This document shows positions 19,635 to 28,324 of a stretch of 28,324 bases of DNA, in pieces. The position numbers were made by a program, and so were the translations under genes. The number at the start of each line of letters is the position of its first letter. Position 1 is the first letter of the stretch. Origin of the DNA: a virus (Duplodnaviria > Caudoviricetes); IMG/VR virus record IMGVR_UViG_3300025120_000399, positions 1 to 28,324 of that record. One strand, given 5' to 3'. Under the pieces are notes generated by a model. The model worked only from the letters and a program-made list of their open reading frames with translations. It did not search any database and had not been told where the DNA came from.

Positions 19635-22600
19635 TTAAATTTGTTGAGATCTTTCAATCTCTTTTATATTTAAGATATTTCTATCCTTTTTATATTTATT
19701 CCCATTCGTGTCTGTAAGTTCTAATGAAATCATATACTTTCCTGGGTCTTTAAAAAGATATGTTAGATACTTGCTTTCAAAATATATATCAGCCACGGAT
19801 GAGTTAGTAGTATTAGATATGATCCATCTAGGAGCTTCCTTTCCAACTATTCTGCATTTATCATATACAAACATGGCCCATGTCATTGGTGGTAATACTT
19901 TTCCATCATTAATAAATTTAGCAGTTCCCCATGTAGGATTACTAGTTATACTTTGGCTTGACTTGTAAATTATACTTAAACAGTCTACATTTCCACCAGA
20001 AGGATCTAATTCAAATGGTACATAACCAGATGAAGTGGCTGATGTTGCAAATATTGTATTTAATATAGTAGTACTAGGTTTTGCTAATAACTTACTTATA
20101 TAATCTGTATATAGAGCATGCCCTAATGGATTGGTCGATGCAACCAATGATGGTGTATCAGCAGTCCATTCTGGTGATAAAGTTCCACCGCTCACGTAAG
20201 TAGTAATAAAATTCCATTCTGCATATATTAATAAGTATAAATACTCTCTCATTAATAGAGCTCTAAATTCGTCTAAGGTTTCTCCAGGTTGTTGTGAATA
20301 TCCTGATGTATCAAATACACCATTATTAATTGCTTCTGACATTGCAGCATAAGTTGGTCCTGATGGAGAAGTTTGATTAAACACTGTAGGATAAGCACCT
20401 GGTAAACCAAATGTTGTTATTGTATGTAAAATATGCTCTAAGACTTCTGTGATTTGTGCGTTAGGTGTAAGAGAATTGTTTTCCCATACAAAATCAACAT
20501 TAGCATTATCATCAGATGTTTGATCCCAACCAGCTAAAGTTTCTAATGAAGGCGTATATGATCCCATCCCAACATAACCTATTCTCTGTATTGTTTTTAG
20601 AGATTGCATTTTTTGTAACACTGCCGCTTGTTTATTATATGTAATTCCAATTGCAGTAGGATCTAATATCATTTCAACACACCGCGCAACCTTTTCAACA
20701 AAATTATCAGTTACTGCAGGTGCACCGCTTATTGCACCAACTGAAAGTAAAGTCATTCCATTTATAGGTAATGATTTTGCAAATGGTGGATATAATATAG
20801 TACTCTGTAAAGGTCCACCAAAATAATCTGTAGTATTACCGGTTCCACTTGCACAAATTCTAATTCCATTTACATCTACAATATCTACTGATTGAAAATC
20901 TCCATGCCTTCCAAAATATCTAGATACTGCTTGTATAAACATTTCATTATTAAAAGAATTTAATACTAAATTATACACATACTTGTTAATAATGTTATTA
21001 GTACTAGTATTAAGCTGATTAGCAGCATCACTTAATGTAGTAGTAGCAGCATCAAAGAAATGAGTTCCTGTAATACCATCTTTATTAATAATTTTTAAAT
21101 ACGTATTAGGTTTAATTTCACTAAATTGAAAAAACCCAGGAGTATCACCTGATGTAGCTGTCATATCCCACCATAGATGATATGCATTATTCCATGTACA
21201 TGATCTGTCATTTAAATTTTTCCATTGATATGGTCCACTAAAACTAGCCTTCCCATTATCTTGGTAATTTAACAATTGAAAGTCTGTTGCTGTTCCAATT
21301 CCAAATGTAGCTAATATTGCATTAATACGATCAAGAGATTCATATAAACTAGGAGTCTCTTCATCCCAAGTTATTGATGGCTGTATTGGGAGATCCCATA
21401 AAGATCCATAATCTTTCCAAGTATATTTTCCTTCACTTCCCCATGTATATTTTAACTTTCTTGATTGATACCAACCAGAATATTCCACTTCTCTTGCTTC
21501 AACACAAATAGCATCATGTTTTACAGATGATGAAATATTATTATATAAATCAAATAATTTCATTTCAACATTATAAGTACCAACATAAGGTAATGTCATA
21601 GGTAAAGTACCATACTTACCTACAGATCCTCTTATTTGGAAATAATAAGCTGGTGACACATCGGTAGCATCTTTATAAATAGTCCATTCTATTTCTGTAA
21701 AGTTGCCAGATTCTAAACCATCCCACGTAAATAATGTTTCACCAGGTAATTGTATAGTTGTAAACTGCCCGCCGCTCGCAGGGTTAGCCAATGTAAAACT
21801 TGTTCTAAATCTATTAACATCATTACCATAACCTCTAATACAAGGTCCTATGTCATTAGTAATCTGTGACCAATCAAACCATAACCAAGGATCTATTTGT
21901 GCAGTCTTAAACGCAGCCACCTGATTAAATATTGAAGTTGTGATTGTTTGTATAGTATCTCCTGCAATAACTGTATGTGTTGCAGATGTACCTGAAGCAG
22001 CATCACTTAAAGTATAAACATCACCAACATTTGCCCCTTGAATATTAAAATCAAAAGTAAAGAAATCATTAGCATTTGTTAATTGATCCCATGTACTATC
22101 AATATTATTCCATGTTAAATTATTAAAACTATCATTGGTTAACGTAATTAAAGCTCCGCTCGGTACATTAGGTTGGTCCGGTAAATATTCAGATGAATAA
22201 CCATCTTTATAATCTAACCCAGCCACTTTATTTAAATTAGGAGCATATCTAGCAAAGTATGCAGCATATACACCAGCAACATCCTTTATTTGAACTGCCT
22301 GGCCAGTTTGTAGTGCACCAAGCACGCTGTTTGGATCAGGACCAATTGGAGGAGGTGGTAAAATTTGACCAGGTACATAATTCATTATCATATTCTGTCC
22401 AACAGCTGCCCTACCACCAGCACCAGATAAAGGTGCAACGAATGCATTACAATAATTAACTATTGCTTGCCCAACAACAGCAGCTTCATCTAAGCAAAAG
22501 GAATCAAACCTTCTCAAGTCTTCTAAATAAGTACAGGTTGCTGGTGCAATTTTAAAATCAGTATTAATACCGGCTTTAATAGTGTTAGTATCATTTCTAC

Positions 22601-23783
22601 TTATTGTATTTGTAACCTCTAATAAACCAAAATAATCAGCCTCAGCTGTAATACCTTGTATATGCGCATTAAGTGGAAGATACTCGTTTTCTAGTTTTCT
22701 TTTTAAACCAAATAGCTTAATTAAAATTTCTTCGATAGTAAAATCTTGTAATTCTTCAGTTATCGGTAAATCTTCATCTGTAAACCTATTAGGAACAATT
22801 CTGTTAATTCTATAGATGAGCTCAAACATACTTGTCTTCCTAAAGTTTTTATTAGGCAAAGTAATTTTCTTGTCATCAAATTGTGCAGTAGGAGAAAACA
22901 AATCCACTGCATTGCTTTGAATAAGCTTCCCAAACTGTGGAGAATTTGCATTTACATTTTTCCAGAATTCTCTAAGTTTTAGATTATCATATCCAAAAAA
23001 TTTAATAGCATTAATTAAACCTTTATAAGAACCGATGAATGGGTAGATGTTGCTACCTTCCATCATAATTTCTTTACGCTTAAGATTAATCTCTACAAAA
23101 TCAGGCAATGCTTCCTTCAGATTTGTATCTCTAAAAATTGTACTATCAGATGCAATAACATTATAACCCATATTTTGAGTCATTGTTCTTAATCTTTCAT
23201 CTTCATCAATACTCTCAGCATAAACTGTAAATTCACCTATAATTGTATTTGTACATTCATCTGTTATAATTAAAGTTCTTCTATATGTATTTTCAGCAGG
23301 TGAAGAAAAAGCTAAATCTACCTGAAGAGCCTCAGATTTAATTTGATCAGTTATAATAAAACCTTCAGTATTTATAGTTTGATTATTATCATATTGTAAA
23401 GGTACATTTAATTTATCTACCTTTATAAGTGGAGGTCCATCAGGCTCCTGTACTAATGCAGATTGTGTACCAGTATTAAATTCTTTATTAAATTGAAAAA
23501 GAAATATTTCATTAGGTTGAGTTGTTTCCCAGCTTATATTCCAGTCACAATAATCCCCAGTAGCAATTTGAGTGTACCCATGTGGATATCCAAACATAAA
23601 TGTACCACTGGCCTTATCTATTATTTTTTGTAAAATAAATAGTTGACCTACTTCAAATAAATCAATAGAAACCTGTGGCAAGAAAATGTCACCAGTCCAC
23701 TTATCAGTTGAACTGTCATATGCCATATTGTAATTCTTCCCATGCTTATCAAAGAAGTATAAATGTTGCCAATTTTTGGTCAC
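19635..23783 (-). CDS. Baseplate wedge protein (gp7/P2 gpI-like core) with PKD-like domains and zincin-like insert
   Basis: 1382 aa; IYPFIGSYKGLINAIKFFGY wedge-type motif; PKD-like LPYVGTYNVEMKLFDLYNN and FKDPGKYMISLELTDTNGN; follows the gp25- and gp6-like genes. Confidence 0.65.
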   Translation of the reverse strand: MTKNWQHLYFFDKHGKNYNMAYDSSTDKWTGDIFLPQVSIDLFEVGQLFILQKIIDKASGTFMFGYPHGYTQIATGDYCDWNISWETTQPNEIFLFQFNKEFNTGTQSALVQEPDGPPLIKVDKLNVPLQYDNNQTINTEGFIITDQIKSEALQVDLAFSSPAENTYRRTLIITDECTNTIIGEFTVYAESIDEDERLRTMTQNMGYNVIASDSTIFRDTNLKEALPDFVEINLKRKEIMMEGSNIYPFIGSYKGLINAIKFFGYDNLKLREFWKNVNANSPQFGKLIQSNAVDLFSPTAQFDDKKITLPNKNFRKTSMFELIYRINRIVPNRFTDEDLPITEELQDFTIEEILIKLFGLKRKLENEYLPLNAHIQGITAEADYFGLLEVTNTISRNDTNTIKAGINTDFKIAPATCTYLEDLRRFDSFCLDEAAVVGQAIVNYCNAFVAPLSGAGGRAAVGQNMIMNYVPGQILPPPPIGPDPNSVLGALQTGQAVQIKDVAGVYAAYFARYAPNLNKVAGLDYKDGYSSEYLPDQPNVPSGALITLTNDSFNNLTWNNIDSTWDQLTNANDFFTFDFNIQGANVGDVYTLSDAASGTSATHTVIAGDTIQTITTSIFNQVAAFKTAQIDPWLWFDWSQITNDIGPCIRGYGNDVNRFRTSFTLANPASGGQFTTIQLPGETLFTWDGLESGNFTEIEWTIYKDATDVSPAYYFQIRGSVGKYGTLPMTLPYVGTYNVEMKLFDLYNNISSSVKHDAICVEAREVEYSGWYQSRKLKYTWGSEGKYTWKDYGSLWDLPIQPSITWDEETPSLYESLDRINAILATFGIGTATDFQLLNYQDNGKASFSGPYQWKNLNDRSCTWNNAYHLWWDMTATSGDTPGFFQFSEIKPNTYLKIINKDGITGTHFFDAATTTLSDAANQLNTSTNNIINKYVYNLVLNSFNNEMFIQAVSRYFGRHGDFQSVDIVDVNGIRICASGTGNTTDYFGGPLQSTILYPPFAKSLPINGMTLLSVGAISGAPAVTDNFVEKVARCVEMILDPTAIGITYNKQAAVLQKMQSLKTIQRIGYVGMGSYTPSLETLAGWDQTSDDNANVDFVWENNSLTPNAQITEVLEHILHTITTFGLPGAYPTVFNQTSPSGPTYAAMSEAINNGVFDTSGYSQQPGETLDEFRALLMREYLYLLIYAEWNFITTYVSGGTLSPEWTADTPSLVASTNPLGHALYTDYISKLLAKPSTTILNTIFATSATSSGYVPFELDPSGGNVDCLSIIYKSSQSITSNPTWGTAKFINDGKVLPPMTWAMFVYDKCRIVGKEAPRWIISNTTNSSVADIYFESKYLTYLFKDPGKYMISLELTDTNGNKYKKDRNILNIKEIERSQQI

Positions 23784-23790
23784 TTTGTTT

Positions 23791-24060
23791 TTAATTTATT
23801 TTTTGATACCACTTAGGAACTGCAAAATTAAAATAAATTCTTAGGTACTTAACTCTATTAACATAAAAAACCATTATAGGATTTAAATAATCTTTTAAGA
23901 ATCTTCCTAAATGTATATTTCTAAACATATACTTAGACATACTGTTTTGTAATAATACATTGGAATAATCAAATCCCGTGTTTTTTAATTCCCAACCCTC
24001 TTCATACGTAGCTCTGTATAAACTCGGGAATCCTGTTCTATTATTTTTTACTGTTGCCAT
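23791..24060 (-). CDS. Small baseplate-cluster hypothetical protein
   Basis: 89 aa, exactly fills the gap between two baseplate genes (1-nt and 7-nt spacers). Confidence 0.65.
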   Translation of the reverse strand: MATVKNNRTGFPSLYRATYEEGWELKNTGFDYSNVLLQNSMSKYMFRNIHLGRFLKDYLNPIMVFYVNRVKYLRIYFNFAVPKWYQKIN

Positions 24061-24061
24061 T

Positions 24062-25918
24062 TTATTTTCCTTTTAATGCTTTTAGCGTTGGGTTATTTTG
24101 CAACCTTCCAGTGTTTAACCCTGCTGAATTTATACCAGTAGCAATTGTAGTTCCTCTGTTTCTTTTAGTATTATTATATTTTTCTTGCTGTATTTTATTA
24201 TAAAGATTATTTGCAATTGCTTCTTTATAAAATACATTAAGAGAACTTATTTTATTAGCTTCAGGTATAGGCTCGTAGTAAGTACCACTTCTATCTTTCC
24301 AACCACCTCTTATAATTGCTATATCATTATTTTCAATAATCACATCCCCAAAACTATCTAATCCTAATTGCGGATCTTCGCCTTTCTTTAATACAATTTT
24401 TTTATTTTCAATTAAAACTCTTTGGTCAGTTACTGGATCTGTTCCATATACAGGTATAAAGTAAAATCCATCTCTTATTGCCTGCTCATTAACTTCTGAT
24501 ATAAAGAATACATTTACAGAATCAATACCTTCTACATTTTCAATTATTGAAATAATATCTGATCTTGGTATTCTGTCTCGTCTATTTACATTTAAGAAGT
24601 ATTCATCTAAATTTTTTCTTATTTCAATTCTTATAGAATCTTTATCATAATTATCAAACCATCTTATAACTATATTAAGAGCATACTTTTTAATAATAGG
24701 ATCTACTATTCGAGTTTCAGCAGTAACTACTTGTCTCCCGCTTTTATTTAATATTTCATATGTCATTTCCTTTTCTTGCGTAGTCATTGTGAATTCAACT
24801 TCAGGTATACTAAAATAATCTAAATCACTCGTTAACTTTTTCTTTACATCTGGAATTAAAAATAAGTAAATAATATTATCATCATCTAAGTATTCATCAT
24901 TCTTTGTATTGTATGCATCTATGAAAGACCAAAAATCATACTTACTTAAATAGTAAATATAATTATTAGGATTTGCTAGTACAAATGAATTACTTGCATA
25001 CGGTGCAATCAATCTAGTAAATTGTGGATCTTCAGAATCAGAACCAAACATAGGATTTCTTGTAATATTCATTGCAAGTATTTCATTTAGATCTACTTGC
25101 TCACCAGATGAATCTGTGCCTGGGTCTATAAATTTTATATCTAATTGTTTTCCTCCAATATTACCAGCTGATCCTCTGGTTTTTATATAAGTAATTTTTA
25201 TCTTAGATCCTAGTGGCGGTGGATACCCAAATTGATTATTTCCAAAAAATACACTTAGTCCCCCATTAACACTAGATTTAACCATTGCAGCCTTATCTCC
25301 ATTATTCATATCATATATAGAATCTTCTAATTTCCATAATTCACCATCTACAAAAACTTCTACTAAGTATTCATCGGTAGGTTCTTTTGTGCTTAGATTA
25401 TAACTTTGTAATGGATTGCCACTTCCGCTAAATTTTTGATCTTCTTTTTCTCCTTGTATAACTTCAACATTAACAAAAGCCTTATTAGTTTTATCTAATC
25501 TAATAAAGTCACTATTAAATCTTAAAAAATATTGTAATCCGTTTTGCCCAATTTGAAATGATGCACCATTCATAATTTGTACATAATCACCATTAAGAAG
25601 TGTAGCAGCACTTGTATTTAATCGTAATCCAATAATACCTCTTGCTGATATACCTCTTGTAGGGTCATGTCCAGTTAATCTGGATAAACCATAGATAGAT
25701 TCAATGTTTCTTGCCCTAGATATATTCATTTCTGTCGCAACAGCTTCTATATAAAAGAAAATCATTTCACCTAAGTTAGAAACAACAGTTAGTATTTGCC
25801 CAAACGGAGAAGCAGGTGTAAACACTTCAACTGATTGATCATATGTACGCTGGAGATAGTCAAATGAATCTTGAAATAACTCCGTGGCTTTTAATCTTGT
25901 TTTACTAAAAAATGACAT
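24062..25918 (-). CDS. Baseplate wedge subunit, T4 gp6 / P2 gpJ-like
   Basis: 618 aa; SPFGQILTV, EMNISRARNIESIYGLSRLTGHDP, VFFGNNQFGYPPPLGSKIKITYIKTRGSAGN, GSDSED, SDIISIIENVEGIDSV all fit gp6/J. Confidence 0.85.
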   Translation of the reverse strand: MSFFSKTRLKATELFQDSFDYLQRTYDQSVEVFTPASPFGQILTVVSNLGEMIFFYIEAVATEMNISRARNIESIYGLSRLTGHDPTRGISARGIIGLRLNTSAATLLNGDYVQIMNGASFQIGQNGLQYFLRFNSDFIRLDKTNKAFVNVEVIQGEKEDQKFSGSGNPLQSYNLSTKEPTDEYLVEVFVDGELWKLEDSIYDMNNGDKAAMVKSSVNGGLSVFFGNNQFGYPPPLGSKIKITYIKTRGSAGNIGGKQLDIKFIDPGTDSSGEQVDLNEILAMNITRNPMFGSDSEDPQFTRLIAPYASNSFVLANPNNYIYYLSKYDFWSFIDAYNTKNDEYLDDDNIIYLFLIPDVKKKLTSDLDYFSIPEVEFTMTTQEKEMTYEILNKSGRQVVTAETRIVDPIIKKYALNIVIRWFDNYDKDSIRIEIRKNLDEYFLNVNRRDRIPRSDIISIIENVEGIDSVNVFFISEVNEQAIRDGFYFIPVYGTDPVTDQRVLIENKKIVLKKGEDPQLGLDSFGDVIIENNDIAIIRGGWKDRSGTYYEPIPEANKISSLNVFYKEAIANNLYNKIQQEKYNNTKRNRGTTIATGINSAGLNTGRLQNNPTLKALKGK

Positions 25919-25931
25919 TTACATTATTATT

Positions 25932-26294
25932 TTAAAAAAGAGCCCCTAATACTCTCTGTTCATTTACAAATATATCAACAAAACACCCATCTCTTTCTAA
26001 TGTAGAAAAGAATGAAACTTTAGTATCTATATCAAACCCAGCCATTTGTGGTAAACAGTATGCAGTGATTTGGCTATTAATATTATTTTGTATAGTGTTT
26101 TCATTTAATACTAACGAAAAAATTAATTCATCTAAATTTGCACCTATACCAGGTACTCCTAATACATCTCCTTTATTAGTAAACAGGCAGTTTTCTATTT
26201 TAAGAATTAATTGAGATAGTGTATCACTTACCTCTAAAGTTTGCTCATTATACTTTGGGGCCAATGCATCTCTACTATAAATGTCTCTAATCAT
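25932..26294 (-). CDS. Baseplate wedge subunit, gp25-like
   Basis: 120 aa; IENCLFTNKGDVLGVPGIGANLDELIF matches the gp25/GPW pattern (L-x-T-x-x-G-E...P-x-x-G-x-x-L-x-x-L-x-F); adjacent to the gp6-like gene. Confidence 0.85.
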   Translation of the reverse strand: MIRDIYSRDALAPKYNEQTLEVSDTLSQLILKIENCLFTNKGDVLGVPGIGANLDELIFSLVLNENTIQNNINSQITAYCLPQMAGFDIDTKVSFFSTLERDGCFVDIFVNEQRVLGALF

Positions 26295-26315
26295 TGAAGA
26301 ACACTAATTTTTTAT

Positions 26316-26323
26316 TATATATT
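26316..26323 (-). promoter_or_regulatory. Putative late promoter AATATATA
   Basis: 21 nt upstream of the gp25-like ATG, in an intergenic gap. Confidence 0.6.
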
Positions 26324-26354
26324 CTCTTTTTATTTAATAGCTTTCAGATTATAA

Positions 26355-27227
26355 TTATCCTGTGAAAAAGTAATCAACACCCTCATCACCTTTAATTTCT
26401 TCAACTACTCTATCTACCTCTTCTCTACCTTCCGAAGAAATCATATCATAATTAATTGTAATGTTACCTGGAAGAGTAAATGAAAAAGTTCCTAGTATTC
26501 TAGACAATTGTATTTTAGCCATTCCTATAACATACCTTTGGAATGCTTCATCTTCAAATAGAGCACAATCTGGAATAGTTGAAAAGATTTCAAATATAAC
26601 AGCTCTCTTAGGTAATTCTCCTTGGAATCTAAATTTCTTAGTTAGCCTATTAAATGTATATGATATCTGTGGTAAAAGAACCTGTCTTGCATTATCCATG
26701 AACAGTGAATTAACAACATAATACATTAAATTTTCACTTCCAATACCAGCACCATAAACATCATCATATATAAACTTGTCGATTGAAAAATCTACATCGT
26801 CTGCATTAAAGCTCATGCTACCGAATCCACCATCTTCACCACTAAATCCACCGATCTCAAATACATCGTTCACAGAGTAAACTCTAGATGGCATTTGTAC
26901 TATACCTCGAGGGTTAGCTAATTGATTTTTATTTGTTATGGTTTGGTTTACATTCTTTACACCTTCAGTTCCATAAGGTACACCTTGTTTGAAATTAGCT
27001 TTATTAACAGCACCTGCTGGTAAAGCAATATACATCTGCTCTACACTATCTTCATATATTTTATAAAAATAACCTTTTGCTCTATTTATGATATTAGCCA
27101 ATTCTTTTTTAGGAACTGTAAATGGAATCTGACAAGCAATAGTTAAATCATCATTAATTAATTTAATTAACGCGTCTAAACATGCTGCTTCATCCGGATC
27201 ATTACAATAAGTATTCTTGTTAGCCAT
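26355..27227 (-). CDS. Neck / head-tail adaptor protein, T4 gp13-like
   Basis: 290 aa; YTFNRLTKKFRF, FQRYVIGMAKIQLSRILGTFSFTLPGNITINYDMISSEGREE and terminal YFFTG fit the gp13 C-terminal pattern. Confidence 0.8.
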   Translation of the reverse strand: MANKNTYCNDPDEAACLDALIKLINDDLTIACQIPFTVPKKELANIINRAKGYFYKIYEDSVEQMYIALPAGAVNKANFKQGVPYGTEGVKNVNQTITNKNQLANPRGIVQMPSRVYSVNDVFEIGGFSGEDGGFGSMSFNADDVDFSIDKFIYDDVYGAGIGSENLMYYVVNSLFMDNARQVLLPQISYTFNRLTKKFRFQGELPKRAVIFEIFSTIPDCALFEDEAFQRYVIGMAKIQLSRILGTFSFTLPGNITINYDMISSEGREEVDRVVEEIKGDEGVDYFFTG

Positions 27228-27234
27228 ACTTTAT

Positions 27235-28324
27235 TTATATTTTTTCTATTTCAATTATTTCGGCATTTTCAAATCGTGCCATCTTCGTTGCTCTACCTTT
27301 TCTAAAAATACCACCATCCATCTCTCCACTGAATACACCTCTTACCCCAAAGACATATGAATCTTTACACATTACATTTTTACTAACATAAGAATCTTCT
27401 ATTTTAGAATCAGCAACATCGCTGGCCCCAAAAAGATTACTTTCAAATAATGAAGAGTTTATTATTTCAGAACTAAATATATCACAATTTAAAATATTAC
27501 CTTGAACTTTGCAATCTACAATATCAATTCCTTTTATTTCAAAGCATCTCATTAATTCAGCATTCTTTAATTGTATTCTTCCAGTATCAGCATCATAATT
27601 AACTAATCCTTCTTTAAGCCCTGCTTTAGTTAAAAGATTAAATAACTCTTCTCTCATTTTAGGATAAAATGTTTCTACTATTTGATCATAAGTTTTAAGA
27701 TCAACCATTAATTGAATTTTAGGAAATTTCTTTTTAAATGTTTGATAATCTTTATAAGATTCAACAATTCCACTATGTTTTTCTAAAATACGATCTAACT
27801 TTTGAATGTCTTCTTTATTATATACTGGGTTAGTTAAAGTTTCATACAATGATAAAACAAAATGTTCTGTCATATTCATTATAGTATTATATTTCTTTTC
27901 ATAATCCTTTCCACCTAAATATCTAAATTCTATATAATTTTTAGGTATCTTAGAAAAGTTTACTCCATAATATTTTTCAGAAACAAACATATAATTTTTC
28001 CATGAAATAGTTGAAGGGGATGGTTGAGTCATTCCACTTAAAGGAACAATAAATTTTATAGACTTGGCATAAACAGAATCTTTTCTATTTGGAAATGCTT
28101 CATATACGGCATTCTCATTAAAGTTTAAAACAAACTTACCAATATCTAAAGAAGATACATTTGTTGGTGTTCCTAATTTCTTTCCATCAAAAGCTATATT
28201 AATATGAATACTACATCGCTCATTAGTAGATCCATTTTCACGAATCCACTTTAGAGTTTTTGCAATAATAAGTTTTGATTCAACAAAGGGCATTGGTCCA
28301 GTAACCAATTCAATCATACCAGAA
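27235..28324 (-). CDS. Putative amidoligase (COOH-NH2 ligase, Amidoligase_2-like) with C-terminal beta-solenoid repeats; 5' end outside the window
   Basis: IELVTGP, TNERCSIHINI, R...YAKS, KYYGVNF, YIEFRYLGG motifs; frame stays open to the window edge (TCT GGT before the ATG at 28317). Confidence 0.7.
   Translation of the reverse strand, partial: SGMIELVTGPMPFVESKLIIAKTLKWIRENGSTNERCSIHINIAFDGKKLGTPTNVSSLDIGKFVLNFNENAVYEAFPNRKDSVYAKSIKFIVPLSGMTQPSPSTISWKNYMFVSEKYYGVNFSKIPKNYIEFRYLGGKDYEKKYNTIMNMTEHFVLSLYETLTNPVYNKEDIQKLDRILEKHSGIVESYKDYQTFKKKFPKIQLMVDLKTYDQIVETFYPKMREELFNLLTKAGLKEGLVNYDADTGRIQLKNAELMRCFEIKGIDIVDCKVQGNILNCDIFSSEIINSSLFESNLFGASDVADSKIEDSYVSKNVMCKDSYVFGVRGVFSGEMDGGIFRKGRATKMARFENAEIIEIEKI

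Noticed and set aside
19980-20856. Cys-flanked insertion in the wedge protein considered as an intein
   Set aside because: No C-terminal His-Asn before the Cys (sequence is NVDC), and no TxxH block B or LAGLIDADG motifs
1511-26308. 12-bp ATTAGTGTTCTT at 1511-1522 with its reverse complement at 26297-26308, both beside start codons
   Set aside because: Opposite orientation relative to their genes, 25 kb apart, no recombinase in the window; a 12-mer match is plausible by chance
3854-26721. Plus-strand ORFs in the track (e.g. 3854-4105, 8485-8856, 19303-19638, 26461-26721) and short out-of-frame minus ORFs (10283-10519, 18003-18209, 22760-22951)
   Set aside because: All overlap long minus-strand genes wholly or mostly, have no recognisable motifs, and look like shadow ORFs
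19635-27227. Bacterial contractile injection system (T6SS, eCIS, tailocin) instead of a phage
   Set aside because: The gp13-like neck protein, capsid-targeting-like ORF, phage-type RuvC and T4-like gp6 favour a headed phage
27232-27239. Exact T4 late promoter TATAAATA upstream of the neck gene
   Set aside because: It overlaps the Ile and stop codons of the upstream gene, is only 4 nt from the ATG, and is likely chance in AT-rich DNA
122-28324. Stop-codon reassignment as seen in some large phages
   Set aside because: Very long ORFs tile the window under the standard code, and both TAG (491) and TGA (122) end genes at plausible family C-termini
1-28324. tRNA, rRNA, CRISPR array or IS element
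   Set aside because: Intergenic gaps are under about 120 nt with no cloverleaf or spaced repeat array, and no transposase motifs were seen

Overview
A 28.3 kb, very AT-rich window (roughly 30% GC by eye) with 18 tightly packed genes, all on the minus strand. It reads as part of the late/morphogenesis region of a large T4-like contractile-tailed (probably jumbo) bacteriophage using the standard genetic code. In transcription order (right to left): a 5'-truncated amidoligase-like enzyme, a gp13-like neck protein, gp25-like and gp6/J-like baseplate wedge proteins, a small baseplate-associated ORF, a 1382-aa wedge protein with PKD-like domains and an apparently inserted zincin-like domain, four virion-type proteins (216, 704, 1300, 1573 aa), a collagen-containing tail fibre, a small coiled-coil ORF, a spanin-like envelope protein, two overlapping unknown ORFs, a gp3/tail-tube-fold protein, a small protein with a T4-style capsid-targeting N-terminus, a RuvC-like resolvase and a GroES co-chaperonin. 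A-rich starts without Shine-Dalgarno sites suggest a Bacteroidota host (inference). The most notable items are: (1) a putative head-packaged, protease-matured cationic glycine-zipper peptide; (2) two identically spaced CTGAAACAAA-N14-ATATAAT promoter-like elements facing outward around groES, one antisense to the late operon; (3) the EHILH zincin-like insert in the baseplate protein; (4) a recurrent AATATATA late-promoter-like motif. All protein calls come from motif recognition by eye; no database searches were run.
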